Source of the DNA: a virus
Taxonomy: Duplodnaviria; Caudoviricetes
IMG/VR virus record: IMGVR_UViG_3300025671_000073
Coordinates: 1-58,013 of that record
Strand: one strand, 5' to 3'
Length of the DNA stretch: 58,013 bases
A program made the translations under genes and the position numbers. The notes under the pieces are model-generated. The model had not been told where the DNA came from. It saw nothing but the letters and a program-made list of their open reading frames with translations, and did not search any database. This document shows positions 20,909 to 30,937 of this stretch, piece after piece (the first letter of the stretch is position 1; each line of letters begins with the position of its first letter).

Positions 20909-20969
20909 TTGACGAACATGCTTGTTGTTCGTAAGTTGTGACCGTAAAGGAGGAATAGATGACTGTCAA
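20909..20969. promoter_or_regulatory. overlapping divergent sigma70 promoters
   Basis: Plus: TTGACG(20909)-17-TAAGTT(20932). Minus: TTGACA(20969-20964)-17-TACGGT(20946-20941). Confidence 0.65.
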
Positions 20970-22425
20970 CTGGAAATATAAAACTGAACCCTTCGCTCAT
21001 CAGGTCACCGCACTGGAGCGCAGCATGGACCGAGACGCCTACGCTTTCTTCATGGAGATGGGCGCCGGCAAGTCCAAGGTCCTTATCGATACGATCTCGA
21101 ATCTCTACCTGCAAGGGGAGATCGATTTCGCTCTGATCATCGCACCCAAAGGCGTGTATCGCAACTGGACGAACAAGGAGATTCCTGAACACTTTCCCGA
21201 GGATGTACCCCATCGGGTCATCCGCTGGGTCGCCAATCCCAACAAGGCGGAGCAAGCGGAGCTGCGGGGCATCAACAAGAAGTTCGATGGCCTGACAATC
21301 TTTGTCATGAACGTCGAAGCGTTCTCCACGATCAAAGGCAAGGGCGCCGGCGAGTGGCTGGCCAAGAACCTCGGACCTCGGGGCCTGATCGGAATCGACG
21401 AGAGCACGACCATCAAGAACCACAAGGCCAAGCGGACCAAGGCGCTGATGAAGATTGGTAGTGGGTTCAAGTATCGCCGCATCCTGACGGGTTCGCCGAT
21501 CACCAAGGAGCCCATGGATATCTATTCACAGGCCGCGTTTCTCGGACCTTGGCTCTTGGGCTACAACAGCTTCTATTCATTTCAGGGCCGGTACGCGATC
21601 ACCCAACGCCGGACCATGGGTGCGCACTCTTTCCAGCAGGTGGTCGGCTATCAAAATTTGGAAGAGCTAACCCGCAAGATCGATAGTTTCAGTTACCGGG
21701 TGCTGAAAGAGGATTGTCTGGATCTTCCGCCGAAAACGTATACCGCTCGATACATCACGCTCACGAAAGAGCAAAGGCAGATGTATGACCAGCTTCGGCA
21801 GGAGGGGTTCCTTTTGCTGGAAGAGGGCGACACGGTGTCGACCCCGCAGGTCATCACGCTCATGCTGCGCTTGCAGCAGGTTATGTCCGGGCATCTCATG
21901 ACAGATGATGGGGAGCTGATGACGTTCCCGTCCGGGCGGATGGATGCGCTGTTGGAGATCGCAGCCGAAACCTCTGGCAAGATGATCATCTTCTCCCGGT
22001 TCAGGCACGACATCAAACAGATCGAGCAAGCGCTCAACAAAGAGTACGGCGAGGGCTCTGCCGTCACCTACTTTGGTGATACCAGCGTGGAAGCAAGAGA
22101 GCTTGCTGTCAAAAACTTCCAAGATCCTGTCGCCAAAACCCGGTTCTTCATCTCGAACAAGACCGGTGCTTACGGCATCACGCTGACAGCTGCTTCGACC
22201 GTGGTATACTATGCCAACGATTTCGACCTTGAGACCCGAATCCAGTCGGAGGACAGAGCGCACAGGATTGGCCAGAAAAACCCGGTGACGTATATTGATC
22301 TGGTTGCCGAAGGCACGATCGACGAGAAGATCGTGGAGAACCTGCGCAACAAGATAGACATGGGCGCCAAGGTTTTGGGAGAAAAGGCACGCGAATGGCT
22401 GAGCCTGAAACCGAAGACGAAGTAG
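20959..22425 (+). CDS. SNF2-like SF2 helicase
   Basis: MEMGAGKS, IDES, LTGSP, QSEDRAHRIGQ. Confidence 0.93.
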   Translation: MTVNWKYKTEPFAHQVTALERSMDRDAYAFFMEMGAGKSKVLIDTISNLYLQGEIDFALIIAPKGVYRNWTNKEIPEHFPEDVPHRVIRWVANPNKAEQAELRGINKKFDGLTIFVMNVEAFSTIKGKGAGEWLAKNLGPRGLIGIDESTTIKNHKAKRTKALMKIGSGFKYRRILTGSPITKEPMDIYSQAAFLGPWLLGYNSFYSFQGRYAITQRRTMGAHSFQQVVGYQNLEELTRKIDSFSYRVLKEDCLDLPPKTYTARYITLTKEQRQMYDQLRQEGFLLLEEGDTVSTPQVITLMLRLQQVMSGHLMTDDGELMTFPSGRMDALLEIAAETSGKMIIFSRFRHDIKQIEQALNKEYGEGSAVTYFGDTSVEARELAVKNFQDPVAKTRFFISNKTGAYGITLTAASTVVYYANDFDLETRIQSEDRAHRIGQKNPVTYIDLVAEGTIDEKIVENLRNKIDMGAKVLGEKAREWLSLKPKTK

Positions 22426-22802
22426 GTCTTCACACCAACGAAGAGAAGATGGCGCTCTGGCAGATGAACAAGATCGCCATCGAGTACAAGCGTGGTATCC
22501 TCAAACGCGGGGAGGCCACGCAACGGTTCTCGTACTGGGCCGAGCTGCCGCCCAGCATTTCGTGGATGCTCCTCGGACCTATGGCCGCGAGTAGCCACGA
22601 AGAACTGATGAAAGCGTTCCCGAAGTGGATCACCAAGGATAAGGAGCCGACGTTTGACTATGACCCTGCAAAAGCCACACGTGCTGCAAACCTTGCTCGA
22701 CGCAAAGAATCCGGACTGGATGCGGTTGGAAGACCTAGCTCAGCTCTTGGGGGAAGACGAAGAAAAGATCCGGGCAGCTCTGATCGAACTTCAGGACGAT
22801 GA
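22395..22802 (+). CDS. hypothetical protein
   Basis: ORF coupled to the helicase end; overlaps the next ORF. Confidence 0.45.
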   Translation: MAEPETEDEVGLHTNEEKMALWQMNKIAIEYKRGILKRGEATQRFSYWAELPPSISWMLLGPMAASSHEELMKAFPKWITKDKEPTFDYDPAKATRAANLARRKESGLDAVGRPSSALGGRRRKDPGSSDRTSGR

Positions 22803-22878
22803 GTTTGTCTTCCTACGCAACGGCTGGTATACGGCGTCGGCCTTTGCTAGACGGACGTTCGGCCGTCAGACCGGGTGA
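22660..22878 (+). CDS. winged-helix-like small protein
   Basis: AAGGAG upstream; LEDLAQLLGEDEEKIRAALIEL pattern. Confidence 0.55.
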   Translation: MTLQKPHVLQTLLDAKNPDWMRLEDLAQLLGEDEEKIRAALIELQDDEFVFLRNGWYTASAFARRTFGRQTG

Positions 22879-23030
22879 CCCTGAACGATCTGGCGATAGG
22901 CCTCACGGATCAAGACGCTCAGCTCCCGGGCCATGGACCTTTGTTCGTAGTCCGCTAGCTCCTTGAGCAATGCGTGGTCCTCGACGGGCACCGCGACGTT
23001 TTGAAACCGTGGCTTTTCTTTCTGCGCCAT
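22866..23030 (-). CDS. Arc/ribbon-helix-helix regulator (54 aa, not in ORF track)
   Basis: MAQKEKPRFQNVAVPVEDHALLKELADYEQRSMARELSVLIREA..., GGAG RBS. Confidence 0.75.
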   Translation of the reverse strand: MAQKEKPRFQNVAVPVEDHALLKELADYEQRSMARELSVLIREAYRQIVQGHPV

Positions 23031-23095
23031 AGTGCTCTCCATACAAATTTGTGCTAGGTTGTGTTATAGGTCAGTTGTTAGCAGGATACAAGCGC

Positions 23096-23734
23096 ATGCG
23101 TAAGATCGACACCATCGTGGTACATTGCACAGCCACTCGACCGGAGTGGTGGGCCAGCAAATCGGCCGAGGAAAAAGTCCGCGAGGTCCGAGACTGGCAC
23201 GTATCTGGGCGTGGTTGGTCGGATATCGGATACCACTACCTGATCGATCGCGACGGCACCGTGGTCCGAGGTCGTCCGATCGAGCGGGCCGGGGCCCATG
23301 CCAAAGGCCACAACGCCACCAGCATCGGCATCAGCCTGTTCGGGGGTCATGGGTCCACCCGCAACGACGACTTCAGCGACAATTTCACGGCCGAGCAAGA
23401 GAGCGCACTCCGCGCCCTGATCCAAGAGCTTGAGGCCAAGTACCCGATCCACAAGATCATCGGTCATAACGATGTCAGCGCCAAGGCTTGCCCGGGCTTT
23501 CAGGTTGGACCTTGGCTCAAGCATCGCCATGTACGTACAAACCCCGTACAGTCCAAGACAGTACAGGCATCTGCGGCGCAGCTCGCTACGGCGGCGGGCG
23601 GCGGCCTAGGTGCGCTTGCAGCGCTCGACGGGACGGCGCAGCTTGTGGCGCTCGGCTTGGTCGGCGCCGTGGCACTACTGGCTATATGGATCATGCGCGA
23701 GCGGCTGAAGGCTTGGGCCGCGGGTTGGCGCTGA
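23096..23734 (+). CDS. endolysin, N-acetylmuramoyl-L-alanine amidase with C-terminal TM segment
   Basis: VVHCTAT, WSDIGYHY, GAHAKGHN, GHND, KACPGF (T7-lysozyme type). Confidence 0.92.
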   Translation: MRKIDTIVVHCTATRPEWWASKSAEEKVREVRDWHVSGRGWSDIGYHYLIDRDGTVVRGRPIERAGAHAKGHNATSIGISLFGGHGSTRNDDFSDNFTAEQESALRALIQELEAKYPIHKIIGHNDVSAKACPGFQVGPWLKHRHVRTNPVQSKTVQASAAQLATAAGGGLGALAALDGTAQLVALGLVGAVALLAIWIMRERLKAWAAGWR

Positions 23735-23964
23735 TGTTCGGTCGGCTCCAGTTATACGCCATTGGCGTCGCCGCCTTCGCCGCCGGCCTGTTTGGCATTT
23801 ACCTCAAAGGTAAGAGCGCGGGCCGGGACGAGGTCGAGAACGAGCACAACAGGCGCCGCATTGATGCCATGCGCAAGGCAAAGGATGTACGCGATGAGAT
23901 CATGGATGATCCTTATTTTGTTGATCGGGCACAGCGCTGGGTGCGCCCAGATCGAGACGAATAG
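23734..23964 (+). CDS. i-spanin (Rz-like)
   Basis: N-terminal TM segment followed by a charged helix, directly after the endolysin. Confidence 0.7.
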   Translation: MFGRLQLYAIGVAAFAAGLFGIYLKGKSAGRDEVENEHNRRRIDAMRKAKDVRDEIMDDPYFVDRAQRWVRPDRDE

Positions 23965-24109
23965 CTACTGCGATATAGCTTCGCCGCTATATTTTGACGA
24001 CAGTCGAACCGTCATCTGGCTTTCCGAAAACGATAATATGCTTCTACGCGATATCATCATAGCCAACGAAACGTGGGCGGCGTTATGCGATGGCAAGACA
24101 TCTCTCTGA
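23894..24109 (+). CDS. o-spanin lipoprotein (Rz1-like)
   Basis: Overlaps the i-spanin in another frame; lipobox-like SAGC. Confidence 0.7.
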   Translation: MRSWMILILLIGHSAGCAQIETNSYCDIASPLYFDDSRTVIWLSENDNMLLRDIIIANETWAALCDGKTSL

Positions 24110-24300
24110 TAACCCATCGCGCCCTGACCGGGCGTGACTGTTCGTGGTGCGCTTGGGCATGGCACAAGCGGCTGGACAGGGGTTGGTCAGCACTGGTTTT
24201 ATTGGTAGGCAGGCGCCACTGTCGGCGAAGCTGGCTTCGTTACTTCACGAAAAGCTGATTTTGTGTCATGATTCTTGGGCAACCAGCAAAGGAACATGAC

Positions 24301-25098
24301 ATGGCATTTCGAATCCTGTCTCTTCTGGCAGCCTTGCTTACCGCGAATGTCGCGGCGGCTTGGACCGTTGAAGATATGAACAAGACCATCAACAGCGCCA
24401 ATTTCATCGTCGGGCGCGGATGCAGCGGCACTCTGATCTCGCTGGAACATCGGCTTATCCTTACCAATCATCACTGCATTGGCGATGCGGTTATCAAACG
24501 CCGCAAAGAGGTGGTCGAGGATGACGGCACGGTGGTCCAGAAGCAGGTCGAGGAACTGCGCGACATGGACGTGTCGCAGCGGATGTATGAGGACTACCGC
24601 CTTGTCGGTGAGGCCAGATACAAGGCCCAACTTGTTGCGCGGTGGCAGGAAAGCGATCTGGCCCTGCTGCAGGTGCGGGCCGATCTACCCAACAGTATCG
24701 CCGCCACGGTATTTGCCGGAGATGTGGTGGAGCGCGGCGAGGAGGTGACTGTTGTCGGAAACCCTCTGGGCCTTGATGCCACGGTCACACGCGGCGTGAT
24801 CTCGTCAACCAATCGAATGTTCCGCGTGTCTTGGGCCGAGGCCGAGGTGCCGTTCATTCAGGTGGACGCAGGCATCACGGGCGGCAACAGCGGCGGTGCT
24901 TTGTTCAACGCAGCGGGAGAGCTGATTGGCGTTCCAGCGGCTGCCGCACCGGGCAACGGGCACCTTGGTTTGGCCATCCCGTTCTTCCAAGTCCGGCAGT
25001 TTCTCGACGACAACTGCTGGTCGGAGGTGTGGGATGCAGAGGCACAGAGCCATGAGGTTTGTGTCGCCTCAAAAGAAAGTGAAGACGGGGATCAGTGA
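24301..25098 (+). CDS. secreted trypsin-like serine protease
   Basis: Signal peptide; LTNHHC, DLALL and GNSGG catalytic motifs. Confidence 0.9.
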   Translation: MAFRILSLLAALLTANVAAAWTVEDMNKTINSANFIVGRGCSGTLISLEHRLILTNHHCIGDAVIKRRKEVVEDDGTVVQKQVEELRDMDVSQRMYEDYRLVGEARYKAQLVARWQESDLALLQVRADLPNSIAATVFAGDVVERGEEVTVVGNPLGLDATVTRGVISSTNRMFRVSWAEAEVPFIQVDAGITGGNSGGALFNAAGELIGVPAAAAPGNGHLGLAIPFFQVRQFLDDNCWSEVWDAEAQSHEVCVASKESEDGDQ

Positions 25099-25349
25099 AC
25101 CCCGTCTTCCGGACCGACAGCGCAGTCCAAAGCGATCTGCGCCTCGCATTCTATGACAGTCGTGACCGCAGCGTCGGCGATGCGCTGTAGTTGCGCGTCG
25201 TTATCCGGATCGCAGTAGTTGCGCAGGATCGTGGCCAACAGGCTCACGACCTGCGAGCCTGTGAGACAGGGCGGCGACACCATGCCGATCGCGTCCATGT
25301 AGGCCAAGAACTCCTCAGTGCTTGGCGGTGAATATCCGTATTCTCGCAT
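25092..25349 (-). CDS. hypothetical protein
   Basis: Small gene in the coupled minus-strand run. Confidence 0.55.
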   Translation of the reverse strand: MREYGYSPPSTEEFLAYMDAIGMVSPPCLTGSQVVSLLATILRNYCDPDNDAQLQRIADAAVTTVIECEAQIALDCAVGPEDGVH

Positions 25350-25626
25350 CTCTGTGAAGCTCCGAGGTTGCAAGGCCAGCGCGTTCCAGACGAATCAGGA
25401 GCGCATGTGCGCTGGGGTGGGGCAGTTCTAGAATGTGCGCTAGGTCCGACGCTGTCAAACTGCTTTTCCGATAAAGAGCCTTGGCCGCGGCCAGAAGTTT
25501 TTCCGGAGCCAGTGGCTTGCTTCGATGCCAAACGCCTTGCTCCTGCCCCACCATGTTCTGCTTCATTCTGGCGTTTTCGACCACCGCAAATGAACACAGA
25601 TGTTTCGCGTACAGTTCCTCGTTCAT
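25315..25626 (-). CDS. winged-helix-like protein
   Basis: GGAG RBS; LTASDLAHILELPHPSAHALLIRLERAGL. Confidence 0.6.
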   Translation of the reverse strand: MNEELYAKHLCSFAVVENARMKQNMVGQEQGVWHRSKPLAPEKLLAAAKALYRKSSLTASDLAHILELPHPSAHALLIRLERAGLATSELHRDARIRIFTAKH

Positions 25627-25838
25627 TTCTCCTCCATCAGCTCGTTCACCCTGTCGTGAAGCTTTCTGACCTGCTCCATGGCGTGGTAATTCTGAGTGTT
25701 CAGAAACTCCAGCTCCGTCGCGAACCACGCCGGTGACTGCATGAGCACGCCGCGGGACAGCATGACGTGGCAGCGCTCGCAGAGCTGAGTGCCCGGCGGC
25801 GTTTTGGTGCCGCAGCCCTTCACGACGCATCGAGTCAT
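25623..25838 (-). CDS. small Cys-rich protein
   Basis: CVVKGC...LCERC; coupled stop/start. Confidence 0.55.
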   Translation of the reverse strand: MTRCVVKGCGTKTPPGTQLCERCHVMLSRGVLMQSPAWFATELEFLNTQNYHAMEQVRKLHDRVNELMEEK

Positions 25839-26035
25839 CCAAGGCCCCTTATGAGCCGCCGCACCCGGCTGATCGTGTTCTTCATCGTTCGCTCCTTCAC
25901 CTTGCTCCCGTGCGACAAGGCGCAAGCCATATGGCCGCCGATATACAGGATATCATGTTTCTTTTTGCTCACGAGCTCATATTCCACGTCGTGCTCATCG
26001 AGGATGTTGAGGATTGGTTCTGGTATCTTGGTCAT
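25835..26035 (-). CDS. small basic protein, possibly HicA-like fold
   Basis: AGGAG RBS; KKH...SHGS pattern. Confidence 0.5.
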   Translation of the reverse strand: MTKIPEPILNILDEHDVEYELVSKKKHDILYIGGHMACALSHGSKVKERTMKNTISRVRRLIRGLG

Positions 26036-26123
26036 TGGTTCCTTCTCCTAAAAGGGTGGCTCTTGGTCCTTGAATGCAGGGCGCCAGATCACGCTGACGC
26101 CGTGCATTGCTTCGATGAAGGCC

Positions 26124-26336
26124 TCAAGACTCGTCGGCCACATCGTCCATGTGCTCCTTGATCGCGTCCATGTTCTTTTCCATGGTGTTGACCACAGCCC
26201 GAAGAAACGCCACCACGATCTCGGGCTTTTCCAGATAGCCGTGAAGAATGGTCAAGATGAACGTAGCGAGCTGCTCCGGTTCCAAGCGGTCCGGCATTTC
26301 GTCTTCCAGATACTCGACGATCTCATGAATGTTCAC
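26124..26336 (-). CDS. hypothetical protein
   Basis: GGAGG RBS before a GTG start. Confidence 0.55.
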   Translation of the reverse strand: MNIHEIVEYLEDEMPDRLEPEQLATFILTILHGYLEKPEIVVAFLRAVVNTMEKNMDAIKEHMDDVADES

Positions 26337-26830
26337 AGGAAGTCCTCCGGTTTTTTGGCCCACAGGACGTTGCAGGCGCGTTTGTTCGACCCATAGTGCA
26401 CGTCCGCACGGGCCACTCTCTGTTTGGCAAACAGGCGGTTGAGGACGTCGCGCGCCGTGTTGACGTCGACGTCAAGTTCCTTGGCCGCTTCGGCCGTGGT
26501 CAGATAACCGAGCTCCGGGTCGTCGAGGGCAGACAGGATCGTTTCCATCATGTCGTAGATGTCGGACCCCGGACCTTGGTCCTTGTGCGCCTCCGGCATC
26601 TCCGTCTCCGGCGGATCGACATAAATGCCCATCCACTTCGTGTTCGACTGTCGTTCAGGGTTGTTCGGAACCACCGTCACCGTGCGATACTCGCCAGCGA
26701 CAAGCTTGGCTGCACGGGTGACCCCGGGTGGGATGTAAACCCCGTCACCAGTCTCCGGCACCGCACCGAAGGCGTCGTCCTTGATCGTCATGTTCGTGAT
26801 CAGGATCCTCATTTTTTGATTCTCGGACAT
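26333..26830 (-). CDS. OB-like plus winged-helix protein
   Basis: AGGAG RBS; LTTAEAAKELDVDVNTARDVLNRL. Confidence 0.65.
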   Translation of the reverse strand: MSENQKMRILITNMTIKDDAFGAVPETGDGVYIPPGVTRAAKLVAGEYRTVTVVPNNPERQSNTKWMGIYVDPPETEMPEAHKDQGPGSDIYDMMETILSALDDPELGYLTTAEAAKELDVDVNTARDVLNRLFAKQRVARADVHYGSNKRACNVLWAKKPEDFL

Positions 26831-26865
26831 CTTGTCTCCTGTTATGGTTTGTGCATATGTTGTTA

Positions 26866-26894
26866 AGGATAAACAACATAGCGGAGGGTTTCAA
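26866..26894 (-). promoter_or_regulatory. sigma70 promoter
   Basis: TTGAAA-17-TATCCT upstream of 26830. Confidence 0.55.
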
Positions 26895-27242
26895 GTGGAT
26901 TTCGACCGGGCGATCGAACTTCGCAGGCAGGGCTGCAGCTACAAAAAGATAGCTGAAACAATGGGTTATGCCCCAAGTACGATACGGAACAGGTTTATCA
27001 AGGAATATGACAAGGGGAATCTCCTTGAGCTGAGTGGTTATGGTGGCGCGGATCCGAATTCAAATCCGGTAGATGGTTACTCCTTGCGGCGTGGACCTCG
27101 GCTCAGGGCCGGGACCCGGATTGTCGACAAGCTGACGAGCGACGAAAAGTGGAAGGTTGCCATCATGATGGAGAAGCGCGGACATCGGACCTTGAACGGG
27201 CTTCTCCTTAGCCTCCTGAGAAAAGAAATAAACGGTCAGTGA
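26895..27242 (+). CDS. HTH DNA-binding protein
   Basis: GGAGG RBS with GTG start; LRRQGCSYKKIAETMGYAPSTIR. Confidence 0.7.
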   Translation: MDFDRAIELRRQGCSYKKIAETMGYAPSTIRNRFIKEYDKGNLLELSGYGGADPNSNPVDGYSLRRGPRLRAGTRIVDKLTSDEKWKVAIMMEKRGHRTLNGLLLSLLRKEINGQ

Positions 27243-28983
27243 GGCCTGACCCTCGGCCTCGGTGACGACGACAACACCCTCGTTTCGTGGCACTGGGCCA
27301 TGCTGTCAGGATAGGTTTGCCGGATCGGCTCGTAGATCGCGGGCATTGCATCGCCGCAGGCTTTCATGCTGGGGAACATGATGACGCTCTCGGCGTCCTC
27401 GCCCAGCACGGGGTAGGTCAAGATCAGGAAGGTCCAGAAGGTCATGTGTCGGTGCCTTTCAGTTCTGCGAGCGAAGAACAATCGCAGCAAGTGCTACAAT
27501 AGCCCCTACCCAAGTGCCCAAAAAGAAAGCCGACAAAACGACCCAATTCGGGTGACCTTGTTTTACGATGGTGACTGGATTAGTCATCGGTCTTGGCCTC
27601 CAGTTCTGCGAGGGTGGTGCGGGCGTCATGGATTTCGTCGTCCAAAGGCGACATGCCCCGCTCGTATTCATCTTTGCGGAACAGATCATACTCCTCGACC
27701 ACGTTGCGCAAAGCCTCCACCGCCTTCGCCAGCTTGGCGTCCAGTTCTTCGCAACGCTTGCACGTCGCCTTGCTCAAGTCCCACTTAGCCATACGCTCAC
27801 TCTCGCCCCTGATTGCAGTCATGATTGCAGCGGGTCATCCCACCAACCCCGCCAGCTTCGCGCCCTCGTAGAGCGCCTTAGCATCTTCGAACGCACGGCG
27901 TGTCATGCCGTGGTCGATGATGCAGTCAATGTCGGCGGCTATCTCTTGCAACGCCGCCACAGGCGCACCGTCCTCGTTGTCAGCGGCGCGGATGACGCGA
28001 TAGATCGCGTCATTCAATTCGTGCAAGGCCTCGGTGTAGTCATTCATAGCTGTTTCTCCCGGCTCAGCATCTTGGCAAGGTCAAGGATGTCTTGGATGTT
28101 GCACTCTTCAACCTCGAATACCGCCCACCAATCGCCATTGGGCGTCTGGCGGATGCCCTTCAGCGGGCCCTTATGACGTAGGCAGTCGTTGAGCACATCA
28201 GCTTGGTCCGCGGCCCACGCCGCGAGGTTCTCCAGCTTCTCGTCTATTGTTTGCATTGCAGTTCCTCCTTCAGTGTCATGTATTTCTCACGCAGCCGTCG
28301 GCAGAGCTCGAAGTCGTAACCGCGGTCACGGCTCTCCTCGGATTGCCACTCGCGCCACGCAGCATCGAGCCTTGCTTCTTGGTCCTCCTCCGTGGATAAA
28401 CTCATCTCATAGGCCTCCGATACGTCGCCAAGCACATCCTGAAGATAGTCAGCCTCCAAGAGGGCACACGCGTCCAACATACGGCAAAAGAATGCGGCCT
28501 CGCCCGTTTCCCTGTTGCCGACCGCGATGCCGATTACCTCATACGGAAAGCTGTCCGGCATCTTGTCGTTGATCTCATCAATCTCGTCCCCAAAAATCGG
28601 CTCGATCCCGGCTTCCCAGTCATAAGAATGTGCCATCAGCTTCCCCCCATGAGTTGGCGCGCCTCATTGGTGATCCGCCCGGCCAAGTACCGAGAAGCTA
28701 GGTCCTCGGGCGTCGTGCCGGCCGTGGAGGCCAAGGCATGCAGGAGGCGCAGGTCCGCCTCGCCGAGGGGGACAGAGACGCCGGTAGGGGGATGGTCCTC
28801 CTGATACCGCTGCAGGGCCTCCTCGGCGCAGGTAATGCAGCCCACGCCCACATAACCTTGGTCCTTGGACGCCTCGTGGGCGTCCCAGTAGACCTTGATC
28901 AGCTTGGACAGGTATTGGATGTCGAACGGATGCGATTCGTCGGCAATCGCGCGGGTCAGGTCGGACAGGGTTTTGTAAGTCAT
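27236..28983 (-). other. run of ~7 small coupled hypothetical genes (27236-27445, 27459-27587, 27580-27792, 27835-28047, 28044-28256, 28244-28636, 28636-28983)
   Basis: Overlapping stop/start codons and RBSs; no recognisable families. Confidence 0.6.
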
Positions 28984-29082
28984 GCTTGCTCCTTTGCTTG
29001 ATACACACCGGACCAAAATGCAGGGGCTCTTGGCTCTCGGACCTTGGTCCGGTGTAAAGCCCCGTGAGGAGGGCTTGGTTGT

Positions 29083-29111
29083 AGGTTAGTTGTTGGTGTG
29101 GGTGGTGTCAA
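29083..29111 (-). promoter_or_regulatory. sigma70 promoter for middle genes
   Basis: TTGACA-17-TAACCT, followed by leader hairpins at 29057-29076 and 29005-29055. Confidence 0.75.
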
Positions 29112-29139
29112 GAGGGTGGTTCTTGGTTCTTGGTTCGTT

Positions 29140-29400
29140 CTAAAAACGGCCCGTAAGGGTTTTTTCGGTTGCGTCGACTCGTTCCACCACTCAATCGGCG
29201 ATTTTGCCGTAGAAACGTAGAAAACCCTGTTTTAACCCCTTTTTTGTTATGTTTTACAGTAACTTAAGTGTTCTACACTCTTTCTACATCGATTGTTTTT
29301 TCTACAGCAGAAACGTAGAATACTCATCTCACAACTGCGGGTTTTAGGTTTTTGTCAACTCAAAGTTTCATCTGACCTAACCAAAAAAAGACTATAGGGG
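29140..29400. other. AT-rich origin-like region with YGTAGAA repeats
   Basis: Non-coding and strongly AT-rich, with six YGTAGAA/TTCTACA copies in both orientations. Confidence 0.5.
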
Positions 29401-29416
29401 CTGGAAAAACCCTGTC

Positions 29417-29445
29417 TTGAGGGGTGCGGGTTGTTGTTGTATTGT
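29417..29445 (+). promoter_or_regulatory. sigma70-like promoter for terS
   Basis: TTGAGG-17-TATTGT. Confidence 0.5.
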
Positions 29446-29476
29446 GGGGGTCGAGCCCCACATCTGGAGGATTCCG

Positions 29477-30091
29477 ATGCCCAAGCGCAAAGCGCCTGCC
29501 CCTAAAGAACTGACGTACAAGACGCAGGAAGAGCTGGAGATCGAGGCCCAGACCGGCCACAAGCTCTCGATGCGGCAACGCCGGTTCGCGGAGCGGTTTG
29601 TCGAGGGCGATTGCTCCGCCACGCAGGCGGCGATCGAGGCTGGGTACAGCCCGAAGGCGGCAGCGCAGCAGGCATGGCAGCTTTTGAACCCTGCCGATTC
29701 TCCGCAAGTGGTGGCATACATCGCACAGCTGCGCGAAGACATGGAAATCCGCTACGGTGTGACCAAGGAGGGCATGCTCAAGCGCCTGTACACTCTGTCC
29801 CGTGGCGCCGAAGGCGAAGGCCAGTTCAGCGCCGCCATCAACGCTGAGAAGATCCGCGCCTCTCTCGGGGGTCTGACGATCGACAGGCGGGAGACCATCA
29901 GCACCGTGCAGGACATGACCAAGGACCAAGTGCTGGCGCGCCTTGAAGACCTTCGCAAGAAACACCCCAGCGCTTTCTCTGTGATCGACGCCAGTTACGA
30001 GGATGTGACCAATGAGCAAGGGCCCCGAGGCGAACCTCTGGCAATCGATGCGGAAGTCATTGCCCAAGGGGATGAACCCGACCCGGCTTGA
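29477..30091 (+). CDS. terS: terminase small subunit
   Basis: GGAGG RBS; LSMRQRRFAERF...ATQAAIEAGYS motif. Confidence 0.88.
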   Translation: MPKRKAPAPKELTYKTQEELEIEAQTGHKLSMRQRRFAERFVEGDCSATQAAIEAGYSPKAAAQQAWQLLNPADSPQVVAYIAQLREDMEIRYGVTKEGMLKRLYTLSRGAEGEGQFSAAINAEKIRASLGGLTIDRRETISTVQDMTKDQVLARLEDLRKKHPSAFSVIDASYEDVTNEQGPRGEPLAIDAEVIAQGDEPDPA

Positions 30092-30578
30092 GAACCGGCA
30101 CGGGGGCGGCGTTCCCGATCTCGAACTGCAATGGTCCACAGGATCAGCGTTTGTTGAGCTGAAGGCGCCCCGCTCCACCCCACGTCTGTCTTCTGAAAAC
30201 CTGAAAATCCGACCACACTTGTTCAGTTTTTCCGAACAAGACTGGGCGGATTCAATGTTAAAGGGTTTAACACCACAAAATTTGATGGAAGACATCACAG
30301 ATCTTGATTTTACCACAGCGTCGCAAAGCGCCTCCTTGGCCTCGAAGGATCAGAAGGCTTGGCATGCAAGGCGTTTCGCCAATAACGGCCTCTCGTTTTT
30401 CTTGCAAAAGACCCCCGGTCCAAGCTCCTATCGCCTCCTGTCCCCGTATTTGGACCAAGAATCGGGGTCCTTGCGCCTTGGACTGGTGTGCGAGACGAAA
30501 GATGTTGCGTTAATGTGGTATGCCCTGCGCCTCTGCGCAGAGATGCACAGCCTTGCGGCCCTGCGGCTCGATGTATGA
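30012..30578 (+). CDS. PD-(D/E)xK Holliday-junction resolvase / VRR-NUC-like nuclease
   Basis: PEANLW, RLEN, GVPD, FVELK, QKAWH. Confidence 0.75.
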   Translation: MSKGPEANLWQSMRKSLPKGMNPTRLENRHGGGVPDLELQWSTGSAFVELKAPRSTPRLSSENLKIRPHLFSFSEQDWADSMLKGLTPQNLMEDITDLDFTTASQSASLASKDQKAWHARRFANNGLSFFLQKTPGPSSYRLLSPYLDQESGSLRLGLVCETKDVALMWYALRLCAEMHSLAALRLDV

Positions 30579-30655
30579 ATAAAACGCACAGCCTTGCGGC
30601 CCTGCGCCTTGCGGCCCTGCGGCTCTATGTTCGGGTTTTCCGAATCTTGCGGCCC
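30545..30655 (+). repeat. TGCGGCCC repeat cluster 1
   Basis: GCACAGCCTTGCGGCCCTGCG at 30545 and 30586, plus further copies. Confidence 0.85.
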
Positions 30656-30722
30656 TTAAGTTCAGGTTTCCTGAACCTTGTCCCGGGTGGGTGGATCCGG
30701 GCGCCGTGGCGCCCGGCCGTTG

Positions 30723-30881
30723 CTATACCTTCTCCTCAACCCACTTTCTCGCCGCTTGGATGGATGGAAAACCGGATTCGAGACAACGGCCGTTTTGAAA
30801 AACGGCCGCTGTTTCATAATTCCTTTTTATAATTAAAAAATTACGGTATCGAATTATTCCATTTTTTTTGCGTCGCGCCAT
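30723..30881 (-). CDS. small basic protein
   Basis: Upstream hairpin and AAGGA RBS; MARRKKNGIIRYRNF. Confidence 0.6.
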   Translation of the reverse strand: MARRKKNGIIRYRNFLIIKRNYETAAVFQNGRCLESGFPSIQAARKWVEEKV

Positions 30882-30937
30882 GTTTTCCCTTTCCTTGTCT
30901 AGTGGATCCCCGGACCGTGGCCCGGGGACCGTGTCCC

